Part shown: positions 13,478 to 26,998 of the stretch, one piece after another
Numbering within the stretch: position 1 is the first letter of the stretch
How the letters are laid out: every line of letters starts with the position of its first letter
Source: Azolla caroliniana
Taxonomy: Eukaryota; Plantae; Polypodiophyta
DNA length: 61,202 nucleotides
Assembly: GCA_043228905.1 (NCBI GenBank)
Contig: JBHGNT010000173.1
Coordinates: 1 to 61,202, forward strand
Direction: 5' to 3'
Position numbers and translations under genes: made by a program
Notes under the pieces: generated by a model
Told to the model about the DNA's origin: nothing
What the model saw: the letters and a program-made list of their open reading frames with translations, nothing else
Database searches by the model: none

Positions 13478-14000
13478 CTATTTAAGAAAGGACAAGCGAA
13501 AACATAAGTTAGGTGGTCACGTAGATTAAGGTTGTATATTAAAATACAAATAATTAGACAAAGACAAAAACTAGCAGGCAATTTGTGGTAAACTTTAAAT
13601 ATCAATCACGCATTGATTGAACATGGTAGTCCTTTATTCAGAAATCCATTCTAGTAAGGGCTATTCAACTTAGAAAATATATATCTTAATAAGAATACAA
13701 GGATATATATTATCTTGAAGGGCAGGTATGGCGTATATTGATTCCATATCCATATTCTACAGAATTTGCATATGATAGACTTGATTTTGGTATCGTAAAG
13801 GTAATTTGTGGGTTATTTTCTAATATTTTAAGCTATACTAGGTCATAAAACCTCTATAATTAAGACCCCTATTTGTTTCAAAATATTGCAAATCTCCATA
13901 AAAGAAGTCTAATTTTGACAGAAAGTTTGATATATTTTCACACAATACTAAATTGTTGCCCGAAAGATACAATATTCCTCTTTGAATTGTGTGTTTTATA

Positions 14001-14446
14001 CAGGAACTTCATACGTTGTATCATGTTCCTGTATATAGTTCGTGTCTATACAGGAACTCGATGCACAGTATCGAGTTCGTGTATCAAACACATACTTTAC
14101 ACAGGAACTCGATAGGGTGTATCGAGTTCCTGTATAAAATGAGAACTTTATACAGGAACTCGATACTCCATATTGAGTTCCTGTATAGTGTTTGTCTTTT
14201 ATACAGGAACTCGATACACCCTATCGAGTTCCAGTTTAAAACGCATAATATATACAGGAAAACACAAACTGTGTACAGGAACTCGATAACTCGATACGCC
14301 GTATCGAGTTCTTATTTAAAGATGAACATAATACAGGAGCTTGATACGGCGTATCGAGTTCCTCTTTAAAACACAAACTGTGTACAGGAACTCGATATGC
14401 CGTATCGAGTTCTTGTATAAAACACAAACATGATACAGAAACTCGA
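14001..14446. repeat. Palindromic tandem array, ~51-bp period, copy 1
   Basis: Unit CAGGAACTCGATACnnnGTATCGAGTTCCTG starts at 14001, 14051, 14102, 14153, 14204, 14276, 14334 and 14385, with partial units at 14255 and 14436. Confidence 0.95.
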
Positions 14447-14566
14447 AGAGATGGCAGAGACATCCGAAATAGAGCCAACAACGAGTGGACGAAGGTACCA
14501 CACTCAGAGAAAGGAAGGCACCGATTACATATGCCAGTCAATACATCCTCTAGACTGATGACGGTG

Positions 14567-14620
14567 AACCCTAAACCCTAAACCCTAAACCCTAAACCCT
14601 AAACCCTAAACCTAAACCCT
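14567..14620. repeat. Interstitial plant telomeric repeat (CCCTAAA)n, ~7 units
   Basis: Direct reading of the sequence. Confidence 0.95.
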
Positions 14621-14760
14621 TTTTCATAGTATGTTTGAACATATATGATACTGGTATCAATGTGTTTTGTAAAATCATTGAAAAAGCCCTAAAATCAACC
14701 AAAGTTTTCCTTATCCTTCCATTTATGTGCGATCCTTCCACTTGTGAACGCAAACGTGTT

Positions 14761-16750
14761 CTTCGTGCATTTGATAACAATGTATCTAGATATCTTGGTC
14801 GTGTAATAAAACCTAACTTAGAGAAGTGCAAGAAGTGTTCCTTATCGTACAACATTTTAGATGGGAGTGGCTCTCGCGGGGTGATCCATTTATATCACGT
14901 GTAAATTTGCCATATTTCTTGGTGTATCACTTGATTACTATTTTCATGAGAGAGAGTTTGATCAGTCCCATGGTTGTACTTAAGGGGGGGTAGGTTATTA
15001 ATATTTATGCAGTTTGCAAGTAACCAACTCATCATTGTGCTATACCAAGAGCTAGTGTCTCCAGATGCATGTAGGGATTGGGATGCCTCAAAGACTCGAC
15101 GGGAGATCCTATTTTGTGGTTGGCTATGTATCCGATGAATAAAAACTATCACTTGAAAGAGTGCGTCTACTAACATCGGGGGTAGACTGAACTCTGCTCT
15201 AATAATGTCATGTGGTACTGTCGATTTGCTTCGTAGTTGACGTGATAACATCGTCACCAAAGGTCTCTCTAATTGCGTCCACATGAAAGATGGTAGACTC
15301 GGAGCCAATACTATTGATGCATACATGAGGGAAGGGGTCACTAATGTGTCGAAGAGCCATCCCTTGGTCCGTGGCTCTTGAAAGTATGCCTGGTGGCATT
15401 GTATCTCTAAGAGTGAGAGGGATGCATACCCTCTTGTTAGCCTATCTTTGGCTGCTTGGGTCATCGAGACTTTACTTGAGCGAGCACTAAAATTGACTCC
15501 CAAGTATACACATGATCCAACTACCTCAACTATTTTATGAGAGAGGGTTAGGTGACATTTACTCCTAACTCGGGACCATGTATGAAAGATAAGGACTTTA
15601 GTTTTCGCTAGATTCATTACCAATCCTCGTTATGTACAAAAGTCATCTATGGCATTAAGATGCTTTTGCAGGTCGTGTTCTGACTCTGAGAGCAAGACAA
15701 TGTCGTCTGTGTAAAGTAAGAGGCGAACTTGCATATCCCCAATACCTACTCCCTTGCCTCGCTTACGAGCAATAAATTCTGTGATCTCATTAATGTAGAT
15801 CCCGAAAAGAGTCGGTGATAGGGGGCAACCTTGTTTCACACCAATGGTGCTAGTGAAACAATCGGATAGGCCAGCTAGGCATCTTACGCACCCAGAGACT
15901 TGCTCATATAGGGCATAAATGGCCTAGATCATGTCATTTGGTTTCTCCAAGATCTTAAGTCTATCAAATAACCTCTCCCTAGGAACTGTGTCAAAGGCTT
16001 TGCGAAAGTCCACAAAGCTACAATATAGTTTCTTCTTACGAGCCTTCGTCTAGTCAATTAAGCAACTAAGTGTGAAGATATGCTCAATTGTGAAGAATGC
16101 TCATCTAAAGCCAGCCTCCTCAAGTGCTCGAAGACTTAATGTTTCCATACAATCGTTGCGCTCTGCTTCCATTACTGCACCATATAGTTTAGCGAGCGTA
16201 TGACCTATCATAATGGTCCTATGTGTATTTGGGTCCATTGGGTCCCCTCCTTTATGTATAGGGGCCACTGTGTTCATGGCCCATTTTGGTGGAAAACCCT
16301 CGGCGAGCGCGCGGTTGAAGATTACAGTGAGAAACGGGGCTAGGCACTCTCGAGCAAATATGATGTGCTCGGCTCGCACTCCTATGTGGTCCATGGATTT
16401 CCTATGTTGGAATTTTTTTATGACCTTCGTGACCCTAGAGGTCGTGAAAAGTGTCCCCATGGTAGGTCAAGGTGTGGAAGGCATTGGAATGGGTAGTTGG
16501 TTGGGGACATGGTAGAGTCTCTCGATATATGTATGCGAAATATTGGGATCCTCCATGGATGTTTGTGGTTTCGGTTCCCGTAGTCTCTTCCATGCAAGGG
16601 CCCAGTCCCTACTCATGAGCATATGGTAGAGCTCCCAAGCTCGTCTTTTACGACGTGTCATCTTACGCATCTCTTTGCGAGCTTGTGCTGAGGACATAGT
16701 ACCACGAAGGTTGGCCCTTTTCCGCTCTTCCTGGTTCCGGATCCTTCCGA
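14761..16750 (-). mobile_element. Non-LTR retrotransposon RT fragment, copy 1
   Basis: FVDFRKAFDTV, GVKQGCPLSPTLF, LLYTDDIV, YLGV motifs; in-frame stops. Confidence 0.85.
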
Positions 16751-16759
16751 TCCTTCTAC

Positions 16760-17650
16760 GTAGTGCGAGTTTTGCCGATTCCCTTGTCCCGCCTTGTCGG
16801 ATCCGGATTTATCCGTATCGGCACGCTTCTTCCAACACTTGCTTTCCCTATAGCCCATTTTGCCACAATACCAGCATTACGTGCCCGCTTTTCCTTACTG
16901 GTTTCCGGCGCTGCTCAGACTCCCCCTGCTTGAGGAGGGTCCGGAATTGTTGTCGGCACCGTCTTCGTGCCTTCGGTTCTGCTCTTGCCAACCGCCTCCA
17001 TTGCGTGCCGACCCACCTTTTCCTCCGCCTTCGTGCACAGTATCCAGTTGTCTGATTGAGTGGTCCTAAACCCACTCACGTGGTTTTCTTCGACCATCAG
17101 CATCAATTGCAAGTTGAAGAAAGACGTGGTTTCTCCCACATGCAGATCGCCGTCCGGATTGGCTCGTACCGTTGTGCTTGTCCACCGAGGTAGGTTTGAA
17201 CCATCTCGTCTTTGTCCACCGTCACATTGATGGATCCGAGCGCGTCGCAAATCTCCTTTATCTTGGTGGTGTAGTCGGTCACGGACATATCCCTCTGTCA
17301 GATATTGTTGAGCTCTTTCTCAGAGTTGCATCTTTCGTGCCATGGTACTAGCGGCAAAAATCTTCCAAAGATTTTCCTAGGCTTCCTTTGGCGTTTTCGT
17401 ATCTCTGATGTAGCTGAGCATCTGATCGTGCACACCGGACGCGAGGCAGTACAATACTTGGCTCGCTCCTTGCTCCCATGTCGGGAAGTCTTTGTGTGCC
17501 AGCTTCGGTGCTACCTCGGTGGTTCCTTCCACGTAGCTCCAATAACCATGCCCCAGCAAGTACGGGTGCATTTTATATGACCAAGACGCATAGTTGCTCC
17601 TGTCGAGCTTCTCTGTTGGAAGTGAACTCGCCATACCACTGTCCATACCT
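16760..17650 (-). mobile_element. Ty1/copia gag fragment
   Basis: EKLDRSNYASWSYKM..YLLGHGYWSYVEG and SVTDYTTKIKEICDAL; frameshifted. Confidence 0.8.
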
Positions 17651-18533
17651 TTCTTTGTGTGTTGGAAGTGAACATTTGATATGCATTGATTATGTAAGTT
17701 GATGTTCATAGTGCAAATATGGGAATCTCTTGCCAAACCTAATTGGAACACTATGTTACAATATCCAAAGATTTTGGATTGTGAAAACCAGCTTAATACA
17801 TGTAGCCAATGCAATAAATTAAGTCTTTGAGCATTAGAGTTGAAATAGATGAATTACCTTATACATCCAAGGAATAAGATTTTACTGTGTCATCCAAAAT
17901 AAATAATAGATATCCGAGTGACTTGCGTCGTTGGAATTAAAAGTTGCTTAACACTAAAGAATAAAGTGATTTTGGCAATGCTCCTACAATAGAACCATAG
18001 TTGGCATGGTTGAGGAGAAGACTGGTGAACGTGGAATGTGAAACATATCCATAAGTCAAGACGCAATTTCACACTTTTTGTAACCTCCCAAACATACATT
18101 GATTTTAATTAGATTTTGACATGGACCTTGGAATTCCATGTGTTTGCGTGCACCTAGAATTTTGACCTTGATATTTTGTAATTGACATTTGAAATGGGTT
18201 AGGAGCGACTTTGAAGGTTTGAATACTAGTTTTCAACAATGTGATAACAAAAACACTTCGCTTACAACACAATTTGGTACATCAATAACTTAATATAGAA
18301 GTAAAGCTTATTTTCTCAAGTGGTTAGGAAATGTGTTTCATAGTGCATCATACAGCGGGAGTTTGGAAAGAATAATAGAAAGTACATCTCAACCTTTTCA
18401 ACATGTATGGGGTGGAATAGCCCATGGAGTCAGAAGTCATTAGTGAAACAAAATTATTATGCTAAAAAGAAGCTTATTCCAGGATATAGACACAGGCTTT
18501 TGAATGAGATAAAAATTGTATAACAAACTTGGA

Positions 18534-20937
18534 TCATGTCAAAGGAAGGTTCGAGTGGGTGGTATGTAGATCATATACAGCAATGTATGGAAGAAGAACG
18601 GACCCAATCCAAAGCTGGCCATCTCGTTCATCAACTTCGCTAGCATACTTTACCACACTACCATGGGTATCCTCCAGTAATAGTGTCATATGGGCATTCC
18701 CATGGGAATCAACATTGGTAGTAGTAGTAGTAGAGACATGATTGAAGTTGTATTTTGCGAGGATACCATGTGGTTTGCCATTGAAAATTCGATAGAGGTA
18801 TTTAAAGGGGATTGGCAATTGTAGAAAAGCACGCCTCAACGTGGGAAATGCACCTGACAACATATTAATGACATTTCGACGACAATGCATGGCTACCCAC
18901 ACATCACCCGCCATGTTCACCCGCACATTGTCTGGGTAACCAGGTAACATGGCAAGCAACTCTGTGTCCCCTACCTTGTCCCTAGCTATCCAATGTCGCA
19001 ACAACCTACAAGAAGGTGCAAGAAGGGAAATTAAATGAGTAGAATCTAGTCACATGGAAAGTTATGGAAATGGAGAAAATAACATGAAACTAACGACTGA
19101 AACTTGAATTGTTCGATAGAGACAATAAATAAGATCTGAACATGTATCGTTTGGTAAAAGAAGATAGATTTCCTGTATTTATCGAATGCAACAATAGGTT
19201 TCTTGGTGTTTATTGAATGCAATTATATAGGTTCCTTGTGTTTCTTGGTATGTTAAAAGACATAAATTTCTTGGTTGGAGCTCAAGATTATAAAAAATGG
19301 AATCAAAAGGCAATTATCTAGTAGCTCTAGCTATCTAAAAACTAACTTCTATGTATTTGTTGCTCTCTATATATCTAGAACGTTGACAATGATGTCCCTG
19401 TCATGTATAGCGTTGTTGAAAGATATTGTATAGTTAAAAGACAAAACAAGAGTGGCCTCCTATTTCTTCGTCCATATCCACAAGGTTTGACAATATGTGT
19501 GTGGGCCTCCTTGTGGGGGATATGGTACCCAAAAAAGAAAAAAGGCTATGCACTCATTTCAATAACGACTTTCTTTATTTGGCATGTTCTTTCTTTCTCT
19601 ATCATAAGTATAAGTATGCAAAACAAATGGCGCATATCTTAAGGCAACTTTCAAAAATCAAGTTAGGAAAGTGCATCACTTTCTTCCAAAGCGATACCTT
19701 ATTAAATGGACAAAAGCCTTAATGGGCGTTCAACATTCCACATGCCCACACACATGCGCACCACCATTGCAAAAAGCGTTCGTTCTCTCTCAACGTGACT
19801 AATTGATCAAACCAAAGTGTTGGACGCACAAGAAGAAGAAGAAGAAGAAGAGCATACATACCAACAGTCCAAGAAGAGGAGCGCAAGGATTACCTGCCGG
19901 GAACAGTTTCCGCAATGATGAGGAAGGACTCATCTCTGCTAAGCGAGAGACCATTGGGGAACTGCAACCCTGACAGGATGACACTGCTCTTCCCTGTCGC
20001 AGGATCATATCTTATAACCCTCCCTGAATCGTCCCCAGACAGTACGAGCAGGAAGAAGTTCCTGCAGCACCCAACTGATTATTTTATTGCATATGCCCAG
20101 CCCAAAAGAATGAAGGCTAATAATTGATGGAGTTAGTAGATAGCCGCTGTAAACCTTCTCTGATACTTGGAGCTGCTGTCCGTGAAGTAGACGGAGCCGT
20201 CGGATGCGACATCGAGGTCGTTGGTAAAGCGCAATGGCACTCCCTCCACTTCATTCACGAGCATTGTGGCCTGGCCTCCCTCTGGGCCTACGCGCATCAG
20301 CCCTAGATATGCATCAGCTATGTAGAGATCCCCTGTTCTCCTATTGAATCTCAGCCCCAATGGCCTCCCACAAATATGCTCGTTCTTTGGGTTTCCACCC
20401 TCACACACAGCTACGGACCTACTTTGCACACATTGTCCACCAAATATTTTGCAGATAAGCAAACAAACAAGATTTAGGCCTGTGGTTTGAATGATGATTG
20501 AATTTCGACAAAACAAAAAAAAAAAAAGAGTACCTGTTTGGAGATGTGTGTGCGAACTCTTGCCATTTCTCGTGTTGCGCATTCCATCTCATGATGCGCC
20601 CGTCTGCAACACCTACGTAAGGACCATTCCCATTAGGATCCATAGCTAAACTTTCAGGGCCTATTAGGCCGGGATCAAGGTACCATTTGCGGGCTTGGCG
20701 AAGCTTATCTTCAGAATCTCGCGGATGGCCGAGGCTGCGCAAGGAGGAGAGGGTATAATGGGGTTGTAGTTTCACGAGTGTGGACTTGAAGGTGGGGTCA
20801 TTTCCAATGATGCTGAGGCGGAAGGGGTCAAGTGCTAGCAGCAATGCGGCCGCCACCACTACCATGAAGCTGCCAGCAAAAACTGTAGTCATTGATGTAG
20901 AGGAGGAGGATTGAGCTCCTCCTCCTCTGCTCCTCAT
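18534..20937 (-). CDS. Strictosidine synthase-like (SSL/APMAP) beta-propeller protein, 4 exons, ~435 aa
   Basis: Exons 20534-20937, 20155-20418, 19894-20061 and 18534-19005 with GT-AG introns give an open frame. Motifs GPESLA, CGRPLGLRF, RFTNDLD, YFTDSS, FPNG and PGYPDN; N-terminal hydrophobic anchor. An alternative ATG is at 20970. Confidence 0.92.
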
Positions 20938-21377
20938 CTTCGTGGAGAAGGAGGTTTTGAATGTCTGCATAGAAGAAGAAAGAAGAAAGAAGAGTTTTGA
21001 GACTAGAGGTAGAGATGAGAAGACCAAAGAAGAAGAAGAAGAAGAAGAAGAAGAAAAAGAAGAGAAAAGAAGAGAAAAGGGAGGTTTACTTTCTCTACCT
21101 AATAATATAAACAGTAAAGGGCGATGGCTGAGAAACTCTAATCTCGTTTCGCCCTGCTCTTTATATCCCTCGTGCGGCTGCGGCTGTTGATCTCCTGTTA
21201 TTATTCCCTTCCAGCAAATGATCAAGCCAAGGCAACCATCGACGCACCACTTGTCAACACCTGTTTCGTGTTCTTCTTGTCTAAAGTGTATACATATATG
21301 CCTGCCAAATCTGCAGTCGGGAGGGAGGAGAGGAAGTGAAAGGAAGCCCTCTTTTTTTGTGTTTTGGGGGGGGATTT

Positions 21378-21417
<40 letters not shown>

Positions 21418-21505
21418 AGCTATAATATCTTCTTGTGTGGTCTGTTTTCTAGGTCATTTGCCTCTCTCAAAAGACAGACAGTTAATCTCTCTCTCTCTCT
21501 CTCTC

Positions 21506-21540
<35 letters not shown>

Positions 21541-22308
21541 TGCGTATATACTCATCACAGCCAAAAGCAACGCAATCATCACACGTCTATCATCATCATC
21601 TGTGTGTGTGTGTGTGTTTGTGTACCAGGGTCCAGAGTAGATTGCATGGCACCATTAATACATACATACTTTAATTATACATATATATTCCAAATTTCAT
21701 TCCGTAGTAGGTACATTTGTTTAGATAGATAGGCAGCCTAGGTTTTCCTATCCTGAGTTGGGGTTGTTTTGTCTCTTTTGAGAGAATGAAATTCTTCTTT
21801 CCGACAAATGCCAAACCTTGGTTTCCTATCATTTTCTTTAATGTTCGTCTTGTCTTGTCTTGTCTTGTCTTGCCTTTACGATTCATCTACATACTGGAGT
21901 CTTGCACAATATCCTCACATGGATTAGTTAAACCTTCTTCTTTTTTAACTCTCTTGAAATATTGACCGGAGATGGATAGAATAATATAACCCACAGTGGT
22001 TGACGCGCACATAATTCTAAATAATCAATTTTGTGAATTGATACAATTTGTGTTGTGTGCTTGCATCCAGACTCAAGGTGGCGATAATGACATATTAATC
22101 ATCTCCACACCACAACGGTCCAACTATCATGCAAATGCACTCTCCCTATCTTTTTGTGTAGGTGGGCCCATTCTAAAATATATAAGAAGAAAAAGTGAAA
22201 AAGGGAATCGAATATATAATATTGACCCATGGGACTTTGTGTCTCTGAGATATATATATATTTGCCACCACTAAAAAAAATAAAAATCTTTTTGGCTATT
22301 TTGGCTAT

Positions 22309-22514
22309 TTTCGTGCTCAGAATATCATCATTGTGGTGGATAAGCATAGCGACAATAGAAAAGTCACTTTCAAGTGCTACTATGGGGGAAAATATCACAC
22401 CCCTCTAGGCTTGATTGACGATACTCGCAAAAGACAAACGGGGACTCGTCTAATGGACTGCCCATTCTTCGTTAGAGCAAACTTATCGAAGAAAACGGGA
22501 TAGTGGACTATTAA
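22309..22514 (+). pseudogene. MULE/FAR1-like fragment, copy B
   Basis: Matches ~30796-31002. Confidence 0.7.
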
Positions 22515-22973
22515 ACAGACAATAAATAAGATCTGAACATGTATCGTTTGGTAAAAGAAGATAGATTTCCTGTATTTATCGAATGCAACAATAGGTTTCT
22601 TGTGTTTATTGAATGCAATTATATAGGTTTCTTGTGTTTGTTGAATACAATAAGTGATGGTATGTTAAAGACATAAATTTCTTGGCTGGAGCTCAAGATT
22701 ATAAAAAATGGAATCAAAAGGCAATTATCTAGTAGCTAGCTATCTAAAAAAAACTTCTATGTATTGGTTGCTCTCTATATATCTAGAACGTTGACAATGA
22801 TGTCCCTGTCATGTATAGCGTTGTTGAAAGATATTATATAGTTTGACAAAACAAGTGGCCTCCTATCTTTTTTCTTTTTTGGGTACTATATCCCCCATAA
22901 GGATGCCCACACACATATTGTCAAACCTTGTGTATATGGACGAATATTCATCATGCTTTCTTATATCGAAATC

Positions 22974-25900
22974 TGGCGAGAAATATGCGGAATAATCTCC
23001 GGCCACAACCGAAGTGTAGATCAGTTGATGACAATCAAACACAGAGGAAATGGGAATGGAGGTAAGTACACAAACAGAAAAGAGAATACACAGGATGTTA
23101 GCGTGGAAAACCATGAGAGGGAAAAACCACGGGAGTCCACAGACTCCAAACTATCACTATGTCAAGGATTACAACAGGGAGCACGGAGGCAACGACCTCT
23201 TGCTCACAATCTTCACCTGGCGGCGATTACAACAGAGACATGCTCTGTATCGCTCTCTCTCTCTCTCTCTCTCCCTCTCTCTCTCTCTCTCTACAGTCGT
23301 TACACCAATCACGCTATACAAAGGTAATAACAACAACTATAATCATCGTCACACTATTTGCCCTAGGTTACATTTATACTAATATGACATTAGGACTATT
23401 TACAGATATAGCCCCGATGGGCTCTCAGAAACATATCTACATATATGTCCCTTCATCCGGTGAGAGGTTCTCATCGGGCTTGCAACATTCGGTTCTCACC
23501 GGGTCTTCCTTGCCGGGTACTCGTCATCTGGTTCTCACCGGGTCTTCCTATGTCGGGCCTTCGTATCCCATCTGGAGGGACCGAGATCCTAACAAACTCC
23601 CCCTTCACTCCGGCATGGGATGATATGCATCTCCAGCATCTGTCTTGCCGAAACCATTCGGTTCTCACCGGGTCTTCCTTGCCAGGTACTCGTCATCTGG
23701 TTCTCACCGGGTCTTCCTATGTCGGGCCTTCGTATCCCATCCGGAGGGACCGAGATCCTAACAAACTCCCCCTTCACTCCGACATGGGATGATATGCATC
23801 CCCAGCATCTGTCTTGCCGAAACCAAGTCTTTCATTGAGAAGGTCCGGTTCAGGGCCTTCTTCAGCATCCGTATCTTGACTTGGTCTCATCCGACGATCA
23901 ACATGTCGTCCACGTACAAGAGGAGTATCAGGAAGTCTCCACCTTCAAACTTCTTCACAAATACGCAGTGATCGACCTGCGTCTTGTGATGCCCTTGATC
24001 GGTCATGAAGGAGTCGAACTTCCGGTACCATTGCCGGGGAGCCTGCTTCAACCCGTACGGGCTCTTTTTTAACCGACAAACCAGGTGCTCCTTCCCTTTC
24101 TTCACAAATCTCTCCGGTTGCTGCATGTAGATCTCCTCTTCGAGGTCGCGGTGGAGGAACGTTGTCTTCTCGTCTAACTGCTCTACCTCGAGGTCCATGC
24201 TTCCCGTTATGCTCAACACCGTCCGGATGGAAGTCATCTTTACTACTGGGGCAAAAATCTCGTTGAAGTCCATGCCCTTCTTCTGCTGGAACCCCTTCAC
24301 CACGATCCTGTCTTTGTACCTTCGAGGGTTGTCGGCATCTCCCGGTTTCAACTTGTACTCCCACTTGCTTCGGAGTGCCCTCTTTCCTTTCGGCAACTCC
24401 ACCAATTCATACGTGTGGTTCTCATGCAAGGAATCCATCTCGTCCTGCATGGCACTTAACCACTTGCGGCTATGGGTGTCGTCCTTCGCCTCTTCGAAGC
24501 TTTCCAGCCCCCCCTCATCGGTTAGCAGCACATGCTCTACATCCGGAAATCTCCCGGGGGGCCTTCTCTCTCTGAGAGGATATCTCCGTCTTTGGCTTTC
24601 GGCAACCAGCTCCTCTATTTGTTCTTCATCCAAATCCGGTTCGGGTTCTTGGCCGGTTCCGGTTTCAACTTCCTCTACTTCTTCTTCTGCCGGTTCGGTA
24701 TCCTCACCGTAACCGGCTATTTCCTCGAGTGTCAACCGGCTCTTAGCCGGGTGGGTCCGAATCTCATCAGAGTTCATTATCTTCTTCTCCGACTCCCAGT
24801 TGGCAAGAGTCTTGTCCTCCATGAAGATAATATCTCGGCTCCGGAAAACCTTCTTGTCAACCAGATCCCACACTCGGTAGCCGAACTCATCATCGCCGTA
24901 TCCAAGGAATATGCATGGCCGAGTCTTTGGATCCAACTTTCCTCTCCGGTCCTTAGCGACATGCACATACGCGAGACACCCGAACACCTTCAAATGCCGG
25001 TAGGACACTTCCTTATCGGTCCACACCTTTTGCGGCGTGTCTCCATCCAAGGGAATTGAGGGTGATCTGTTTGTCACATACGTCGCTATCGACAGCGCCT
25101 CAACCCAAAACGTCTTGGGTAGTTTAGCATGTGCTAGCATACTCCGGACCCTCTCCATTATGGTCTGGTTCATCCTCTTGGCTAGCCCATTTAGTTCTGG
25201 CGTCTTCGGCACGGTAAATTCAAGCCGGATTCCCTTCGAGTGGTAGTACTCATCGAACTACCCCCAATATTCCCCTCCGTTATCTGCTCGAACCGCTTTC
25301 AGCTTCCGTCCGGTTTTTCTTTCCACTCTTGCGTGGAGCTCCTTGAAGACGGATAACACATGATCCTTCGTCTTCAATGGTGTGGCCCACAGCCTCCTCC
25401 TGTGGTCATCTATGAACGTCACGAAGTACTGCGCTCCGGCATGGGACTTCGTGTCCACTTGACACACATCGGTATGCACCAACTCCAATGGTGCATTACG
25501 TCTCATCGGTGGCCTTGATTGGAAGGAGGTCCGGTTTTGCTTACCGGCTAGGCAGTCGGTGCACCTCTCAAGATGCACGTTCTTCACCGGAATGAGGTTG
25601 TCATCGGCAAGCCTCTTCATCCCCTTCACGCTCATGTGCCACAATCTCTTGTGCAACAACTCACCGGCAGTGTCGGAAGCAACGTTCTCTTCTTCTGGGC
25701 ATAACCGGGCATTCATCAGGTACAACGTGGTGAACTTCCGAGCCCGAGCCAATATCAGGCTCCCTAAACCTCCAGAACGTGTCGGACATCCTTCAACAGT
25801 AGTGATTACCGGTTGTGTAGGATGAGAAGCATTTCCGGTCCGGGGTAAGGTGGAACGACGCTCCGGAATCGACAACCCATGTTATCTCGTCGCCGGCAAC

Positions 25901-26998
25901 GTTCAACTCACTCTCCTCGGTGACGAGCATCAACTCTTCTTCACTTGCCGCGATTGCCGTCATTTCCTTCCGGTCCGGCCCCCCCCGGTCTTTACCGTTC
26001 CGGTCTGGTGTCCGCTTCGAATCGGTATCGTCGGTTTCCTTGTCTTTTCGGAAGTGCCGACAGTTCTTCTGGAAGTGCCCTGGCTTGCCTTTTCCCGGTT
26101 CTGGGGACTACGGTTCCTTTGTCTTCCGCATTCCGATTCGGTAAGGAGCGCTTTGGAGTCGGAGCTTGTATCCTTGTCTTTCCGACGCGCCTCCTCATCT
26201 AGCAAGCTCAACTTCATTCTTGCTAGGGATAACCGTTTCCCTTCCGGCTCGGCGTTGCCCAAAGTGACAACCAACATCTCCCAGCTATCTAGGAGGGAAC
26301 CGAGAAGGAGTAGTGCTAGTACCTCATCGGCGAGAGGTACTTCCAATGATGTTGCCTGGTGGATCAGCCCCTGGAAGGCATTCATGTGCTCCGCCATGCT
26401 GGAGCCATCTTGGTACCGGAGTCTTACTAGCTTCCGAAATACCGAAACTTGATTCACAACATTTTTGTTCTGAAACATAATACCGATCTTCTCCCAGAGC
26501 TCATGAGCCTTGCTCTCTTCATTGAAGTTGTTGTATAGACTCATGTCGATAAAGCACCGTATGTACGCCGTTGTCTTCATGTGCATCACCTCCCATATCG
26601 TGGCATCGATTTTGTCCGGTCTCTTGTGCCCGAACTGAACCGGCAACCAAAGATCTTTAACCACGAGCATGTCCCTCATCTTCGACTTCCACACTAAGTA
26701 GTTGGAGCCGGTGAGCTTGAACATGCCTCCCAACGAATCGTCCATTTTTCTGTGTCGTTTCGCTTTGATACCAGTTTGACGAGAAATATGCGAAATAATC
26801 TCTAGCCACAACCGAAGCGTAGATCACTTGATGACAATCAAACACAGAGGCAATCGGATTGGAGGTAAGTACACAAACAAAAAGAGAATACACAAGATGT
26901 TAGCGTGGAAAACCCTGAGAGGGATAAACCACAGGAGTCCATAAACTCCAAACTATCACTATGTCAAGGAGTACAACAGGGACAACAGAAGCAACGAC
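22974..26998 (-). mobile_element. Ty1/copia LTR retrotransposon, internally deleted, 5' LTR truncated
   Basis: 3' LTR 22974-23594 and 5' LTR remnant 26777-26998. PBS TGGTATCAAAGC (tRNA-iMet type) at 26762-26773, PPT at ~23595-23610. gag 25960-26811, integrase VHTDV..FIDD..DNGGEY, RT LLYVDDML. Confidence 0.92.

Larger units (their letters stand above)
9296..14760. mobile_element. Deleted copy 1 of the Sola-like ParB-MTase transposon (left TIR and transposase lost)
   Basis: Colinear with 35797-41360; right TIR retained at 14725-14760 with the same LINE junction as the full copy. Confidence 0.85.

Noticed and set aside
14001-14446. CRISPR-like look of the palindromic repeat array
   Set aside because: Linkers are only ~20 nt, AT-rich and resemble each other, the repeats are degenerate, no cas genes are present, and the array lies in a eukaryotic intron
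14592-14904. Recurrent small ORFs across the TIR/LINE junction (also ~28348-28600 and ~44738-44998)
   Set aside because: Read-through of LINE sequence into the TIR, repeated only because the junction was duplicated
20917-20937. SSL and GT31 proteins both begin MRSRGGG
   Set aside because: The codons differ (ATGAGGAGC vs ATGCGTTCC) and similarity does not extend; low-complexity coincidence
24197-26452. Long plus-strand ORFs opposite the Copia gag-pol
   Set aside because: Antisense shadows of a GC-richer coding region, with no recognisable motifs
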